Shown: positions 38,211 through 46,995 of the stretch, piece by piece
How positions within the stretch are numbered: the stretch's first letter is position 1
Layout of the letters: each line of letters begins with the position of its first letter
Source: Candidatus Micrarchaeia archaeon
GTDB taxonomy: Archaea; Micrarchaeota; Micrarchaeia; CABMEP01
Direction of reading: 5' to 3'
Length of the DNA: 49,532 nucleotides
Assembly: GCA_038886535.1 (NCBI GenBank)
Contig: JAVZXS010000005.1
Location: forward strand, 1 to 49,532
Position numbers and translations under genes: made by a program
The notes under the pieces: generated by a model
The model's database searches: none
What the model was told of the DNA's origin: nothing
The model's input: the letters and a program-made list of their open reading frames with translations, nothing else

Positions 38211-39671
38211 ATGAAAGAAAATAAGTATTATGAACCAAATAAAAATTTGTTTTCAAAATCTAATCAAAGTAAAAATTCTTCTATTATTTGGAGTTCTCTT
38301 TTTTTATCAGCTTCTTTAATCTTTTCTTCTCCAAGAATTGGTAATGCAGATTATGATAAAGCAGGTTTTTGTCCTAAAGGAAGCAGATTGTATTTATTTT
38401 CGCTGCAGTCTGGTGAGACATGCAAAGGTGAAAAATTCGGTAAAGACCTTTGCTCAGAATGCAGGACCAAAGATGGAAGAGTGCTGAACACATCTATTGA
38501 AATCATGCAAAAAAAGGTTGAAAAGGGAATCAATTCATCTAATTCTAAGGAAGGAAAGAGATACACATCAAAAGAAGTGAAGATAATAAAGGAAACGTTA
38601 AGAAGATGGAATAAAGAAGAGCTTGAGAATCTGATCAAAAAGCTAAATGGAAATCTGAATGATGAAGAACGAACAATATTCAGAGGAGCGCTTGAGCACT
38701 GGCCAGACATAAAATATCATGCAATGAGACTTGGTATAGATCCAAGAATTGCATACTTAGTTGCAGTTGCAGAATCCAGATTTGTACAAAAGATAGGAAA
38801 GTCAGGCGAATTATCTCCAATGCAAGTAATGCCGGATACAATGGCATTGATGTTCAATAAGTATGGAAGAAGTGATGAGTACATAAATAAATTGATAAAT
38901 GAACAAAAAGACTGGAGGAAAGATACAACTGCTCAGATAATACTTGCGCTTTATTATCTAAGAGACGGAATAAGTACTGTAGCCCCAACGGATGTAAAAA
39001 TTGAGCGCCTTAAAGCAGAAGATCTCCTTATGATTTATCACTTTTATAATCGTGGCCATAACAAATATATTGTAAATAATTGGTGGCAAGGTGACAACTT
39101 TGCAACTTGTGTAAGCAAGTATCTCAGACTTTATCCAGAAATTGAAAAATTTATAGATGATTTTATACGTGTAAATAAAGAATCAGAATCAATAATCAGC
39201 AAGACATGGAATTCTTATTTTAACATTCAGAATAAAAAGAAAAAGGACCAACAGATGAAAGAAGTCAAAAAAGAAGAGAAAGTAAAGAACGAAGCTAAAA
39301 CAACCAATAAAAAAGAAATTAAGAAAGAAGAAAATGTCAAAAAAGAAACGAAGGATTCTGCTGTGATTACGAATAGTGGTGTAGTTACAAATAATAAGCC
39401 AAAGAGTGAAGACATCTTTAAATCAAGCTCCATTGCGAAAATAGTTCCAAGATCCAGTACATCAAGTATAAAATCTCAACAAAAAACAAAGGAAGAGGAT
39501 AAAAAGCAGCAAATTATGCGACACCCACATAAGAAACAAACTGATTCAGATTCAAAGAAAAAGGATGAAATGAAAAGCGAAATTGAAAAGTATAATGAAG
39601 AACTTGAGAGAATACGAAGTGTACTAAAAGAACTGAAAGAAAGACTAAATAATGATAATAAAAGCAACTAA
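38211..39671 (+). CDS. Exported SLT-family (lysozyme-like) lytic transglycosylase domain protein
   Basis: Signal-like IIWSSLFLSASLIFS..NA; four-Cys N-domain; LGIDPR.AYLVAVAESRF (catalytic ES), SPMQVMPDT (GLMQ.MP.T-like), FYNRG (YN.G); charged low-complexity C-tail. Confidence 0.75.
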   Translation: MKENKYYEPNKNLFSKSNQSKNSSIIWSSLFLSASLIFSSPRIGNADYDKAGFCPKGSRLYLFSLQSGETCKGEKFGKDLCSECRTKDGRVLNTSIEIMQKKVEKGINSSNSKEGKRYTSKEVKIIKETLRRWNKEELENLIKKLNGNLNDEERTIFRGALEHWPDIKYHAMRLGIDPRIAYLVAVAESRFVQKIGKSGELSPMQVMPDTMALMFNKYGRSDEYINKLINEQKDWRKDTTAQIILALYYLRDGISTVAPTDVKIERLKAEDLLMIYHFYNRGHNKYIVNNWWQGDNFATCVSKYLRLYPEIEKFIDDFIRVNKESESIISKTWNSYFNIQNKKKKDQQMKEVKKEEKVKNEAKTTNKKEIKKEENVKKETKDSAVITNSGVVTNNKPKSEDIFKSSSIAKIVPRSSTSSIKSQQKTKEEDKKQQIMRHPHKKQTDSDSKKKDEMKSEIEKYNEELERIRSVLKELKERLNNDNKSN

Positions 39672-39725
39672 ATAAAAATCAATCGAATTTAGCTGAAAAG
39701 ATTAAATCAGATTTTGGTGAAAATA

Positions 39726-40565
39726 TCAATTAATAGCTATCCATATTAAATAATGATCAGACATGTCTAAAGTTATATCCTTTTCAATCCCGTAGTTCAG
39801 AAATCTTTCAAACACGGCTGTGTTTATGATTATTCTGTCATACGCACAATCGCTTTTACCAACTGTAGTGTCTTCATCATCTTTTATTACCCAAATCCAA
39901 TCTCTGAAATCTTTTTGTGAAACGTTATAAAATGAACAATCTGCATTAAGATCTCCCATAACTATTACTGGATAGCTTACGTTTCCAATTAATTGTTGTA
40001 AATTTCTTATTTCATTGGGTGCGTCAGAAGGCTTTGCATGAAGGACATAAACGATAACCCAATTATCCTCTTCTAATTGGTTTTTAGCCGTTATATTTAG
40101 GGCCAATGGCGGTCTCTCCCATCTATTTTGAATATCTGGATTGAAATCCCATATATTGTTAATTATAATTTTGCTTTTGTTATAAATAACTCCATACTCC
40201 TCTTTTATATTAGTTCTCCCGGCTCTGCTGCTTGTAAAGCATAAGAACCCTTCTAATTTTTCACAAAGTCTCGCAAATGCGCTTCCATCCTCATCCCTTA
40301 TTTCCTGAATGAAAATAAGGTCATAACTGGATATCTTAGCTGCGTATTTATGCAAAAGAGTTTGGTTTTCAGCCTTTGAGTCTCCAAAGACCTGGAGATT
40401 CCAAGCTGCAATCCTAATACTGCTGTTTTCTCCGACAATTAAATCTGTATCAAGATTTGTTTTAGCTTTATCAGCAATATTTTGAAAAGAAATGGCTAAC
40501 AATAGCAGCAATATTATGATCAGAAAAATAAAACGAAGATTAATATGCAAGGGCGGTCTTTCCAT
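39726..40565 (-). CDS. Membrane-anchored DNase I-like endonuclease (EEP family)
   Basis: N-terminal TM; AAWNLQVFG, IQEIRD, KEEY, LHAKP, MGDLNADC, CAYDRI, SDHY. Confidence 0.9.
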   Translation of the reverse strand: MERPPLHINLRFIFLIIILLLLLAISFQNIADKAKTNLDTDLIVGENSSIRIAAWNLQVFGDSKAENQTLLHKYAAKISSYDLIFIQEIRDEDGSAFARLCEKLEGFLCFTSSRAGRTNIKEEYGVIYNKSKIIINNIWDFNPDIQNRWERPPLALNITAKNQLEEDNWVIVYVLHAKPSDAPNEIRNLQQLIGNVSYPVIVMGDLNADCSFYNVSQKDFRDWIWVIKDDEDTTVGKSDCAYDRIIINTAVFERFLNYGIEKDITLDMSDHYLIWIAIN

Positions 40566-40607
40566 AAGTATGTCTATTCAAAAAAATTAAAAAAAGTGTA
40601 TTGTTTG

Positions 40608-41747
40608 TTATTTCGGAAGACTAATTTTTACAGTGGTTCCATTTCCTTCCTTTGAGTCTATTGTTATTTTACCACCATGCATTTCGATTATCCTTTTCGC
40701 ATTAGTTAAGCCGAATCCATTTCCATTGATAAGATCAGTTGTTGCCATGTCTTTGTTTGAGAGGACCTTTCTTTTAACATCTTCATTGAAGCCTTCCCCG
40801 TCATCTGAAATGCTTACATATATCTCTTTTTCGCCTTCCGCAAGTTCTATGTGCACTTCTTGATTAGAATATTTTAGTGCATTCAACACTATGTTTTCTA
40901 TTGCTCTTTTTATTTTGTCTTCATCTCCTTCTATTACTAAATTCTCATCGCCAGAAATAGATATTTTCTTGTTGGTTCTTTCTGCGTATAATTTATGTAA
41001 TTCAAAAATATGCTGAATTTGTTTTGAAAGATTGAATTTATTTCTATTTATTTTAATAGCATCGTGTAAGAGTTTGTTATTTAACAATATCTCCTCTATC
41101 ATTCGTGAAAGATCCATTGCGGAATTATAAACTAGATTGAGAATTTGACGTTTATCATCGCTAAGGTCATCATATTCAAGAAGAACCTCTATTCCTGACT
41201 TGACCCCAGTCAAAGGATTTTTCATATCATGGACAGTTCTTGCAAGGGATTTGCTGTATTCTTGATCAGATTTCTTCTTTTCACTCAAAAGTTCATTTAA
41301 ATGCTTCATATATTCCGTAGTTTGTTCATTTATTATCTGCTTTTGCTTTTCTATCATTTCTTTTTGCAATATTATGGTTTGTTGCATATCAGTTATTTTT
41401 TCTTTTAATTTAACAATCTCTCTCTTCAATTCGTTTATTGTATTATCTTTGAAAAGAAGTTCTACATTCATTTCCATTTGATAAGAAATGAATTCTTTCT
41501 TCAATCTTTCAATCTTCATTCTAGTTGCTTCTTCCTTTCTTGCTATATCTTCTTTTAATCTTTCAATTTCTTCTTTTGTGATAATGTCTTCTGTCTTAAC
41601 AGTATTTGAAAATATTTTACTATCACTTTTTCTTCTTAAAAATGGAATGCTTTGCTGTTCCACCTCTTTTACATCAACTTTATTTATTGGGGAAGGTATT
41701 TTTTGTAGTAATAATGATTTATATTTTGCATTCATAATGGTCGCCAA
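40608..41747 (-). CDS. Cytoplasmic histidine kinase (HisKA + HATPase) with a coiled-coil N-terminus and no sensor or TM
   Basis: HDMKNPLT H-box, NIVLNALKYS N-box, ISDDGEG G1, GNGFGL G2, HGGKI...S..GNGT. Confidence 0.9.
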   Translation of the reverse strand: MATIMNAKYKSLLLQKIPSPINKVDVKEVEQQSIPFLRRKSDSKIFSNTVKTEDIITKEEIERLKEDIARKEEATRMKIERLKKEFISYQMEMNVELLFKDNTINELKREIVKLKEKITDMQQTIILQKEMIEKQKQIINEQTTEYMKHLNELLSEKKKSDQEYSKSLARTVHDMKNPLTGVKSGIEVLLEYDDLSDDKRQILNLVYNSAMDLSRMIEEILLNNKLLHDAIKINRNKFNLSKQIQHIFELHKLYAERTNKKISISGDENLVIEGDEDKIKRAIENIVLNALKYSNQEVHIELAEGEKEIYVSISDDGEGFNEDVKRKVLSNKDMATTDLINGNGFGLTNAKRIIEMHGGKITIDSKEGNGTTVKISLPK

Positions 41748-41777
41748 TTTATATTCGTAGTAAAGATTTAAAAATTA

Positions 41778-42002
41778 TTACTCTCTTCTATTTGTATCTA
41801 GTCTATTCGTTTTTCTTTTTCTTAATAGATATCCAATAATTGCCAATATAAATATTATTAAAACTATGAAGGTTGAATTTTCAGAAAAAAGCCATCTTGG
41901 ATCTGAGATAATTTGATTTAGTAAATACAGTAATGTACCTACTATTAATATCACTAAAGCAATTTTCCATAAGTGTTCAGTTTTCTTTGAATTCTTTTTC
42001 AT
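41778..42002 (-). CDS. Small 2-TM membrane protein
   Basis: Two hydrophobic helices with basic termini. Confidence 0.65.
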   Translation of the reverse strand: MKKNSKKTEHLWKIALVILIVGTLLYLLNQIISDPRWLFSENSTFIVLIIFILAIIGYLLRKRKTNRLDTNRRE

Positions 42003-42075
42003 AATTGATTAATGGCGGATAGATTAAAAAACATTATCATATTGAATATATTTAAAAAGTTAAGAGGGGAATTTG

Positions 42076-42183
42076 ATGTCGATTTCAGATCCAAAGCTTA
42101 AGAGGCTCCTAAGAATGAAAGGAAAGATTTTAGCATCTAGAAGAAGAGCAAGAATAAGAAAACTCAAAGAGAAAGATGAATAA
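42076..42183 (+). CDS. Small, highly basic 35-aa protein; absent from the ORF track
   Basis: MSISDPKLKRLLRMKGKILASRRRARIRKLKEKDE*; SD gagggga and an upstream atttaaa TATA-like box. Confidence 0.55.
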   Translation: MSISDPKLKRLLRMKGKILASRRRARIRKLKEKDE

Positions 42184-42241
42184 TTACTTGGGTTTAAGGA
42201 AAAGTATATATTTTTCATTGTGCTTTCTATTTTAGATTATT

Positions 42242-42913
42242 ATGCAAAATATGGTAGTATTTGATGTAGATGGAACTTTGGTAAATACCCTTCCGCATGT
42301 TTATAAAAGCTATTGTCTAGCATGCCAAAAATTTAAGCTAAAGGAACCGTCACTTGAAATATTAAGAAAAAATTATGATCAATCAAATAAATTTAGAAAT
42401 ACTGCGAAGGCTATCGGTGTTCCTTTAGATTTAGCTGATGAATTTAATTATTGGGTTTATGAATTCTTTAAAAAAGAAATAAGAAAAAATAAACCTGAGA
42501 TAATACCCAATGTAATAAACGTTCTTTATGCTCTTAAGGCAAAGGACATTGATTTGCGTATACTTAGCCTTGAATTATATGAAAATACCATTTATAAGTT
42601 AGGAGAGAAATTAGTAAATGATGTTTTTTCTCAAATAATAATTCCGCATAATGGAAAATTAGAAGCACTTAAACAACTAAAAAATACCTCCAATACTAAA
42701 ATAATATATGTAGGAGATTGTGTATCAGATGGTGAAGCAGCGATTTCTGCAGATATAGAATTTATTGGTCTTGCAACTCAATACAGCTTTAGCGAAGAAA
42801 AAAATATGATTGAATTTGCCAAGAGGAATATTGAAAAAGCAAAGGTTACACTTTCTCATTTCCATATCATATCTGTTTACGAAAAAATGACAGAGAATGA
42901 TATGTATGGATAA
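42242..42913 (+). CDS. HAD-superfamily phosphatase
   Basis: VVFDVDGTLV motif I, ILS motif II, K motif III, YVGD..SD..AA motif IV. Confidence 0.88.
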   Translation: MQNMVVFDVDGTLVNTLPHVYKSYCLACQKFKLKEPSLEILRKNYDQSNKFRNTAKAIGVPLDLADEFNYWVYEFFKKEIRKNKPEIIPNVINVLYALKAKDIDLRILSLELYENTIYKLGEKLVNDVFSQIIIPHNGKLEALKQLKNTSNTKIIYVGDCVSDGEAAISADIEFIGLATQYSFSEEKNMIEFAKRNIEKAKVTLSHFHIISVYEKMTENDMYG

Positions 42914-43367
42914 TGAAAGTAAGAAAATCGAAAGGAAACCAGATTATCTGCAAGATAAAATAGAGAGGTTTGATAGACTAGAAACTAATCCGTTAGTTGA
43001 AAACAGTATTAAATCACAGCAACATTCTGTTATAGTCATTATAGATCCGAATCCTGCAGATGATAACTTTTATGAAAGCTTTTTTCCAGGAAATAAATTC
43101 ATTAAATTAATTTCCCATAATGATGGAGTAAGGTATGCAAGTAAGGCGATGGAGGACAGAACTCTTTCCGCGATTATTGTTGATGACGCTATTGAAAATG
43201 GAATGGCTCCACTTTTAGTCTCTTTATTTAAAGCTTTGTCAAAAAAGACAAATTCAGAAATAAATATATTCTTAACCTATAGGGGAAATATAAACATAAG
43301 AAAATATTCGGTTAAGCCTGATGTAATATTAAATAAAGATAATGGGAATTTCGAAATTTTTTATTGA
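42906..43367 (+). CDS. Stand-alone receiver (REC)-like protein with a charged N-extension
   Basis: VIVIID...SAIIVDD..ENG...INIFLT...DVILNK follows the REC beta1/beta3-Asp/beta4-Thr/beta5-Lys order. Confidence 0.55.
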   Translation: MDNESKKIERKPDYLQDKIERFDRLETNPLVENSIKSQQHSVIVIIDPNPADDNFYESFFPGNKFIKLISHNDGVRYASKAMEDRTLSAIIVDDAIENGMAPLLVSLFKALSKKTNSEINIFLTYRGNINIRKYSVKPDVILNKDNGNFEIFY

Positions 43368-43467
43368 CTAATTCTATTTTTATTAGCAATAGAAATTCTA
43401 TTCATAAGCCCTTTTTAGCTAGTATACAAAGCAAAAGATTTATATATAACATATTTATTAGATTATT

Positions 43468-43719
43468 ATGGGAATTGAGAATTCCAAATGTAATGAAGAT
43501 AAGCTTAAGAGGCATAACGAATACATAATAGAGGAAATAAAGAAAACCAAGGAATTTCAAGTGTATTCTAGAATTAAATTAATTTATGAAGATCTAATAA
43601 AAAAAGCAGATGATAAAAAGAAGGAAATATACACACATCAATACAACATAGCTAGAAATATATTTACTAAGAGGATAGAAATCTATAATCAAAGATGGAA
43701 AAAAATAGGGGAGGAGTAG
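43468..43719 (+). CDS. Hypothetical protein
   Basis: 83 aa; BRE/TATA aaaagatttatatat about 25 nt upstream; first gene of a tightly packed four-gene run. Confidence 0.6.
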   Translation: MGIENSKCNEDKLKRHNEYIIEEIKKTKEFQVYSRIKLIYEDLIKKADDKKKEIYTHQYNIARNIFTKRIEIYNQRWKKIGEE

Positions 43720-44166
43720 ATGGATTTTATATCAAAATATAAGAATAATCCAGATCTCTTAATAAGAGAGAAGATGAAGAAGCTTTTATATCTAGAGAGT
43801 AAGATGTTGCCGGATATGGACAAAATTAAAACACCATCTCAATTCTTCAAGGAAGTTAAAAGATTTGATCAAAGGAGAGATGATCTTGGTATAAGTATTT
43901 TCAGAGATATAATCAGCCTAGATTTTGCAAAGATAATTACACAAAATACAAATTTAGAATTGAAAGATGCATTTAGAATGGTAAAGGGATGTATAGATAT
44001 GCCTATGGCAAGAAAGCTATTTGACAGAGAAGCGGTTAAAGTTAAAGATGCAGTTTTGTTCCAATTAAATAAGGAGACTAGGGAAGAAATAGCAGACTCA
44101 TTCATTAAACAGATAAAGTCTGGAAAAAAGAAATTGAAATTACCAAAGAGATTTTATAATGAATAA
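43720..44166 (+). CDS. Hypothetical protein
   Basis: Abuts the previous stop codon; SD ggggaggag. Confidence 0.65.
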   Translation: MDFISKYKNNPDLLIREKMKKLLYLESKMLPDMDKIKTPSQFFKEVKRFDQRRDDLGISIFRDIISLDFAKIITQNTNLELKDAFRMVKGCIDMPMARKLFDREAVKVKDAVLFQLNKETREEIADSFIKQIKSGKKKLKLPKRFYNE

Positions 44167-44177
44167 TTGGTGATAGT

Positions 44178-44756
44178 TTGTTTGACGATATAAAGAATAA
44201 CATTGGTTTTTTCAAATATCAAAAGTATAATGGTAAAATTTTTGATTATCCAATTGCTGAAATTATTGATAAAAAACATCATGGTGTTATATATTTTTCT
44301 AAGATAAGAGTTGATTTCATAGAGTTCAATTACAATAGAAATGAAATAAATTATTATTTAGAGCCAATCGAAATAAAGTATACGGATTTATATGATAATA
44401 AAACTCAATTAATATGGAGAAGAGTAAAAAAGAGAATAGAGAATATATACTTTTATAAAAAAGCTATCTTAAGTTGGATGGATAAAGAAAATATAGATTA
44501 CTATTCTGTTATAGATTATGGTCCTTTAAGCTTAATCTCTAGAGAAAAAACCCATATACTTAATTTTGAAGATACTAAAAATTATGTAGAAACATCAGAC
44601 TTAAATAAAAATGCAAAAGAATTCATATCATCTCATAATTCAGAGGAAGAGATTAAGGAAAGGATAAAACTAATCAAAAAATCATTGCCTAAAAATAAAG
44701 ATCAAATAACAAAATCGATTATGAAAGAGATAAGAAAATTAAAAACCCAAAATTGA
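44178..44756 (+). CDS. Hypothetical protein
   Basis: 192 aa; TTG start with SD ggtga. Confidence 0.6.
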   Translation: MFDDIKNNIGFFKYQKYNGKIFDYPIAEIIDKKHHGVIYFSKIRVDFIEFNYNRNEINYYLEPIEIKYTDLYDNKTQLIWRRVKKRIENIYFYKKAILSWMDKENIDYYSVIDYGPLSLISREKTHILNFEDTKNYVETSDLNKNAKEFISSHNSEEEIKERIKLIKKSLPKNKDQITKSIMKEIRKLKTQN

Positions 44757-44768
44757 ATCTCTAAGCCA

Positions 44769-45347
44769 ATGTTAAAAAGTGGTTCTGTGAAATTTAGTGA
44801 TATGTATAAAAAAAGAGATGAAAATAAATTTAAAGAAAAAAAATTTATTTTTAGAAAAGAATCAATCGACGATGGAATAGGCAAGATAAAAGACGACAGC
44901 AAATCGAAAGAAGATAAAACTACAATTGATAACAAAGCAAATCTAAAAAGAATACTTTTTATTTCACCTTCTTTGGCAGAGCGTATATGTATTTTAAAAA
45001 ATGCTTCAGAAATTAATGTTTCTTTTTATACCTGTTCACACATTAATGAATTAAACACTAATAGAAGTGATCTAAACTTAGTTTTTGACGCAATTATAAT
45101 AAGCGATGAAGCTCTCGAAAAAGTTGATATGTTATCCGCTTCGAATTATATACATCTTATTAAAGAAAAATATGGACGGATTAATATTAAACCTCCTAAA
45201 ATTGTGCTGTTAACTGATTTCAAGCAGCGTTTCGAAACAAAATGTTTGCATCTTAATATTGATTGCGTCCCTGATTTCCTCTACAAAAAGATATTCAAAC
45301 GAGAGAATATAGAACAGATAATAAAAAACCTTGAAGAATCAAAGTGA
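44769..45347 (+). CDS. Degenerate receiver (REC)-like protein with a Lys-rich N-extension
   Basis: RILFIS...FDAIIISD...KIVLLT...DFLYKKIFKRENIEQIIKNL. Confidence 0.45.
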   Translation: MLKSGSVKFSDMYKKRDENKFKEKKFIFRKESIDDGIGKIKDDSKSKEDKTTIDNKANLKRILFISPSLAERICILKNASEINVSFYTCSHINELNTNRSDLNLVFDAIIISDEALEKVDMLSASNYIHLIKEKYGRINIKPPKIVLLTDFKQRFETKCLHLNIDCVPDFLYKKIFKRENIEQIIKNLEESK

Positions 45348-45415
45348 TTTTGGAAGGTTTGATGCATGATAATTTTATATATTTATTGGCCGATAAATAG
45401 TAAAGGTGGTTTGGA

Positions 45416-46546
45416 ATGGGAAGACAATATCTGAATATTTGGAATGCCTTACTTGTTTTTATAATGTTGAATCTAGTATCTGCATTCACTTTTGCACAAG
45501 GCCAGATTTCTCCTGGATCTTCTGGAAATACAGATGTTACAGATAAGCCTATGGTTACAAAAGATACCGGAGTTTCAGAAGACTTTATGGAAGGAATAAT
45601 GTCTTCTAATGTATCTTCAAGCAAAACTAATGAAAATAGCGCATCTGAATTTAATATAGCAGAAGTAGATGATATTTATTCAACTATAAAGTATGCAAAT
45701 GAAACAAGGATAATGCAATGCATAGATGAAGAAACAAAGGCAGAGATAATTAATCTTTACTTAAAATACAGAAATGCAGTGCAAAATAAAAACAAGGAAA
45801 TGATTCCTTCATTAAGGGAGGAAGCCTTAACTCTAAGGGAAAGAGTAATGGAACAGGTTTCCGGATGCAAGACAAATACAGTTCAGATAAGGCAACAGGA
45901 GCTTAATCAAGAAATGAGGCAAGTGGTTTCTACCTATGTTGAGAGAATCCAGAACCTGTCATCAATTAATGACACTCAACTAAGAAATCAAATAAGAGAA
46001 CAGATAAAAGAGGAGACAATGATGCAGATCAAACAGATTGTTGCAGAAAGAAAAGAAATTAACGCCGCAGATGTTTTAACAATTGCAACTGCAATACATC
46101 TGAATAGATCTGTTGCTAAACTTGGAGATGAAGAAATAAATTCAACAAACATTTCAATTAAAGCAAGAATAAGAGATAGGGAAATGAACATAACAAGAAT
46201 ACAAGAAAGATTAAAGATAGTGGAAAAAGACGCTGAAGCTGAGATAGAACCAACTGCAAATGTTGTTATAACTGAAAATGGAACAATGATAAATGATAAG
46301 AACTTATCTATAACTCCTGCTGAAATAAAAGAAAGACTTCAAGAGAGAATCAAAAATTCAGTAATGAGCAAATTACAGATAAAGATTGAAAATAATAAAC
46401 TAATATACAGTGCAGATCTCAAAGAAAACAGAAAGATATTGGGAATTATTCCAGTTACAATGGAAACCAGGGCAAAGATAAATGTTGAAAATTTAGAAGC
46501 TTTAGAAATTGAAAGACCCTGGTGGGCATTTATTACAACTGAATAA
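45416..46546 (+). CDS. Secreted/surface hypothetical protein
   Basis: Signal peptide ending VSA; helical middle; C-terminal KILGIIPV...EIERPWWAF. Confidence 0.75.
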   Translation: MGRQYLNIWNALLVFIMLNLVSAFTFAQGQISPGSSGNTDVTDKPMVTKDTGVSEDFMEGIMSSNVSSSKTNENSASEFNIAEVDDIYSTIKYANETRIMQCIDEETKAEIINLYLKYRNAVQNKNKEMIPSLREEALTLRERVMEQVSGCKTNTVQIRQQELNQEMRQVVSTYVERIQNLSSINDTQLRNQIREQIKEETMMQIKQIVAERKEINAADVLTIATAIHLNRSVAKLGDEEINSTNISIKARIRDREMNITRIQERLKIVEKDAEAEIEPTANVVITENGTMINDKNLSITPAEIKERLQERIKNSVMSKLQIKIENNKLIYSADLKENRKILGIIPVTMETRAKINVENLEALEIERPWWAFITTE

Positions 46547-46590
46547 AGGTTTCTATTTTTATTTTCTATATATTTTTATTTCTATTTTTT

Positions 46591-46935
46591 CTATTTTCGT
46601 ATCTGCTTTTTAACAGGTTCTGTATCCTTTCTTTTTAGATACTCAATATTTTTCTTTACCTCTTTAGATAGGTTTATACGTTGGATCTGATCTAAGACAG
46701 GTATCCTTTCTGCAAGTGGTCTTTCAAATGCTTTAAAAGGCTGTACCTCTTTAATAGAAACCCCCAAACCTTTTTGCGTGGTCTTTATGGCCGGCATAGG
46801 AACTTTAATATGAGAAAATGATCTCATAGCACGAGGAACCATTCTGGCGAAATAACCCTTTGCCCCAAGAGCCAAATGGGAAAGCGCACTGCCTCTCCTA
46901 CCTCTGCTACCCCCACTTTCTCCCTTCCCCACCAA
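46591..46935 (-). CDS. Hypothetical basic protein; start uncertain because the 5' end overlaps repeat copy 1
   Basis: ORF convergent with the 45416 gene; the N-terminal GESGGSRGRRGS is read from the repeat. Confidence 0.35.
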   Translation of the reverse strand: MVGKGESGGSRGRRGSALSHLALGAKGYFARMVPRAMRSFSHIKVPMPAIKTTQKGLGVSIKEVQPFKAFERPLAERIPVLDQIQRINLSKEVKKNIEYLKRKDTEPVKKQIRK

Positions 46936-46972
46936 AACATGACTTCACTCCTCAACGAATCCACCACTCTTT
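46891..46972 (+). repeat. ~80-bp imperfect direct repeat, copy 1
   Basis: Matches 49301-49379 at 74 of 79 aligned positions plus a 3-nt indel (hand alignment). Confidence 0.92.
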
Positions 46973-46995
46973 TATGAACTGTTCTATTCTTGATC

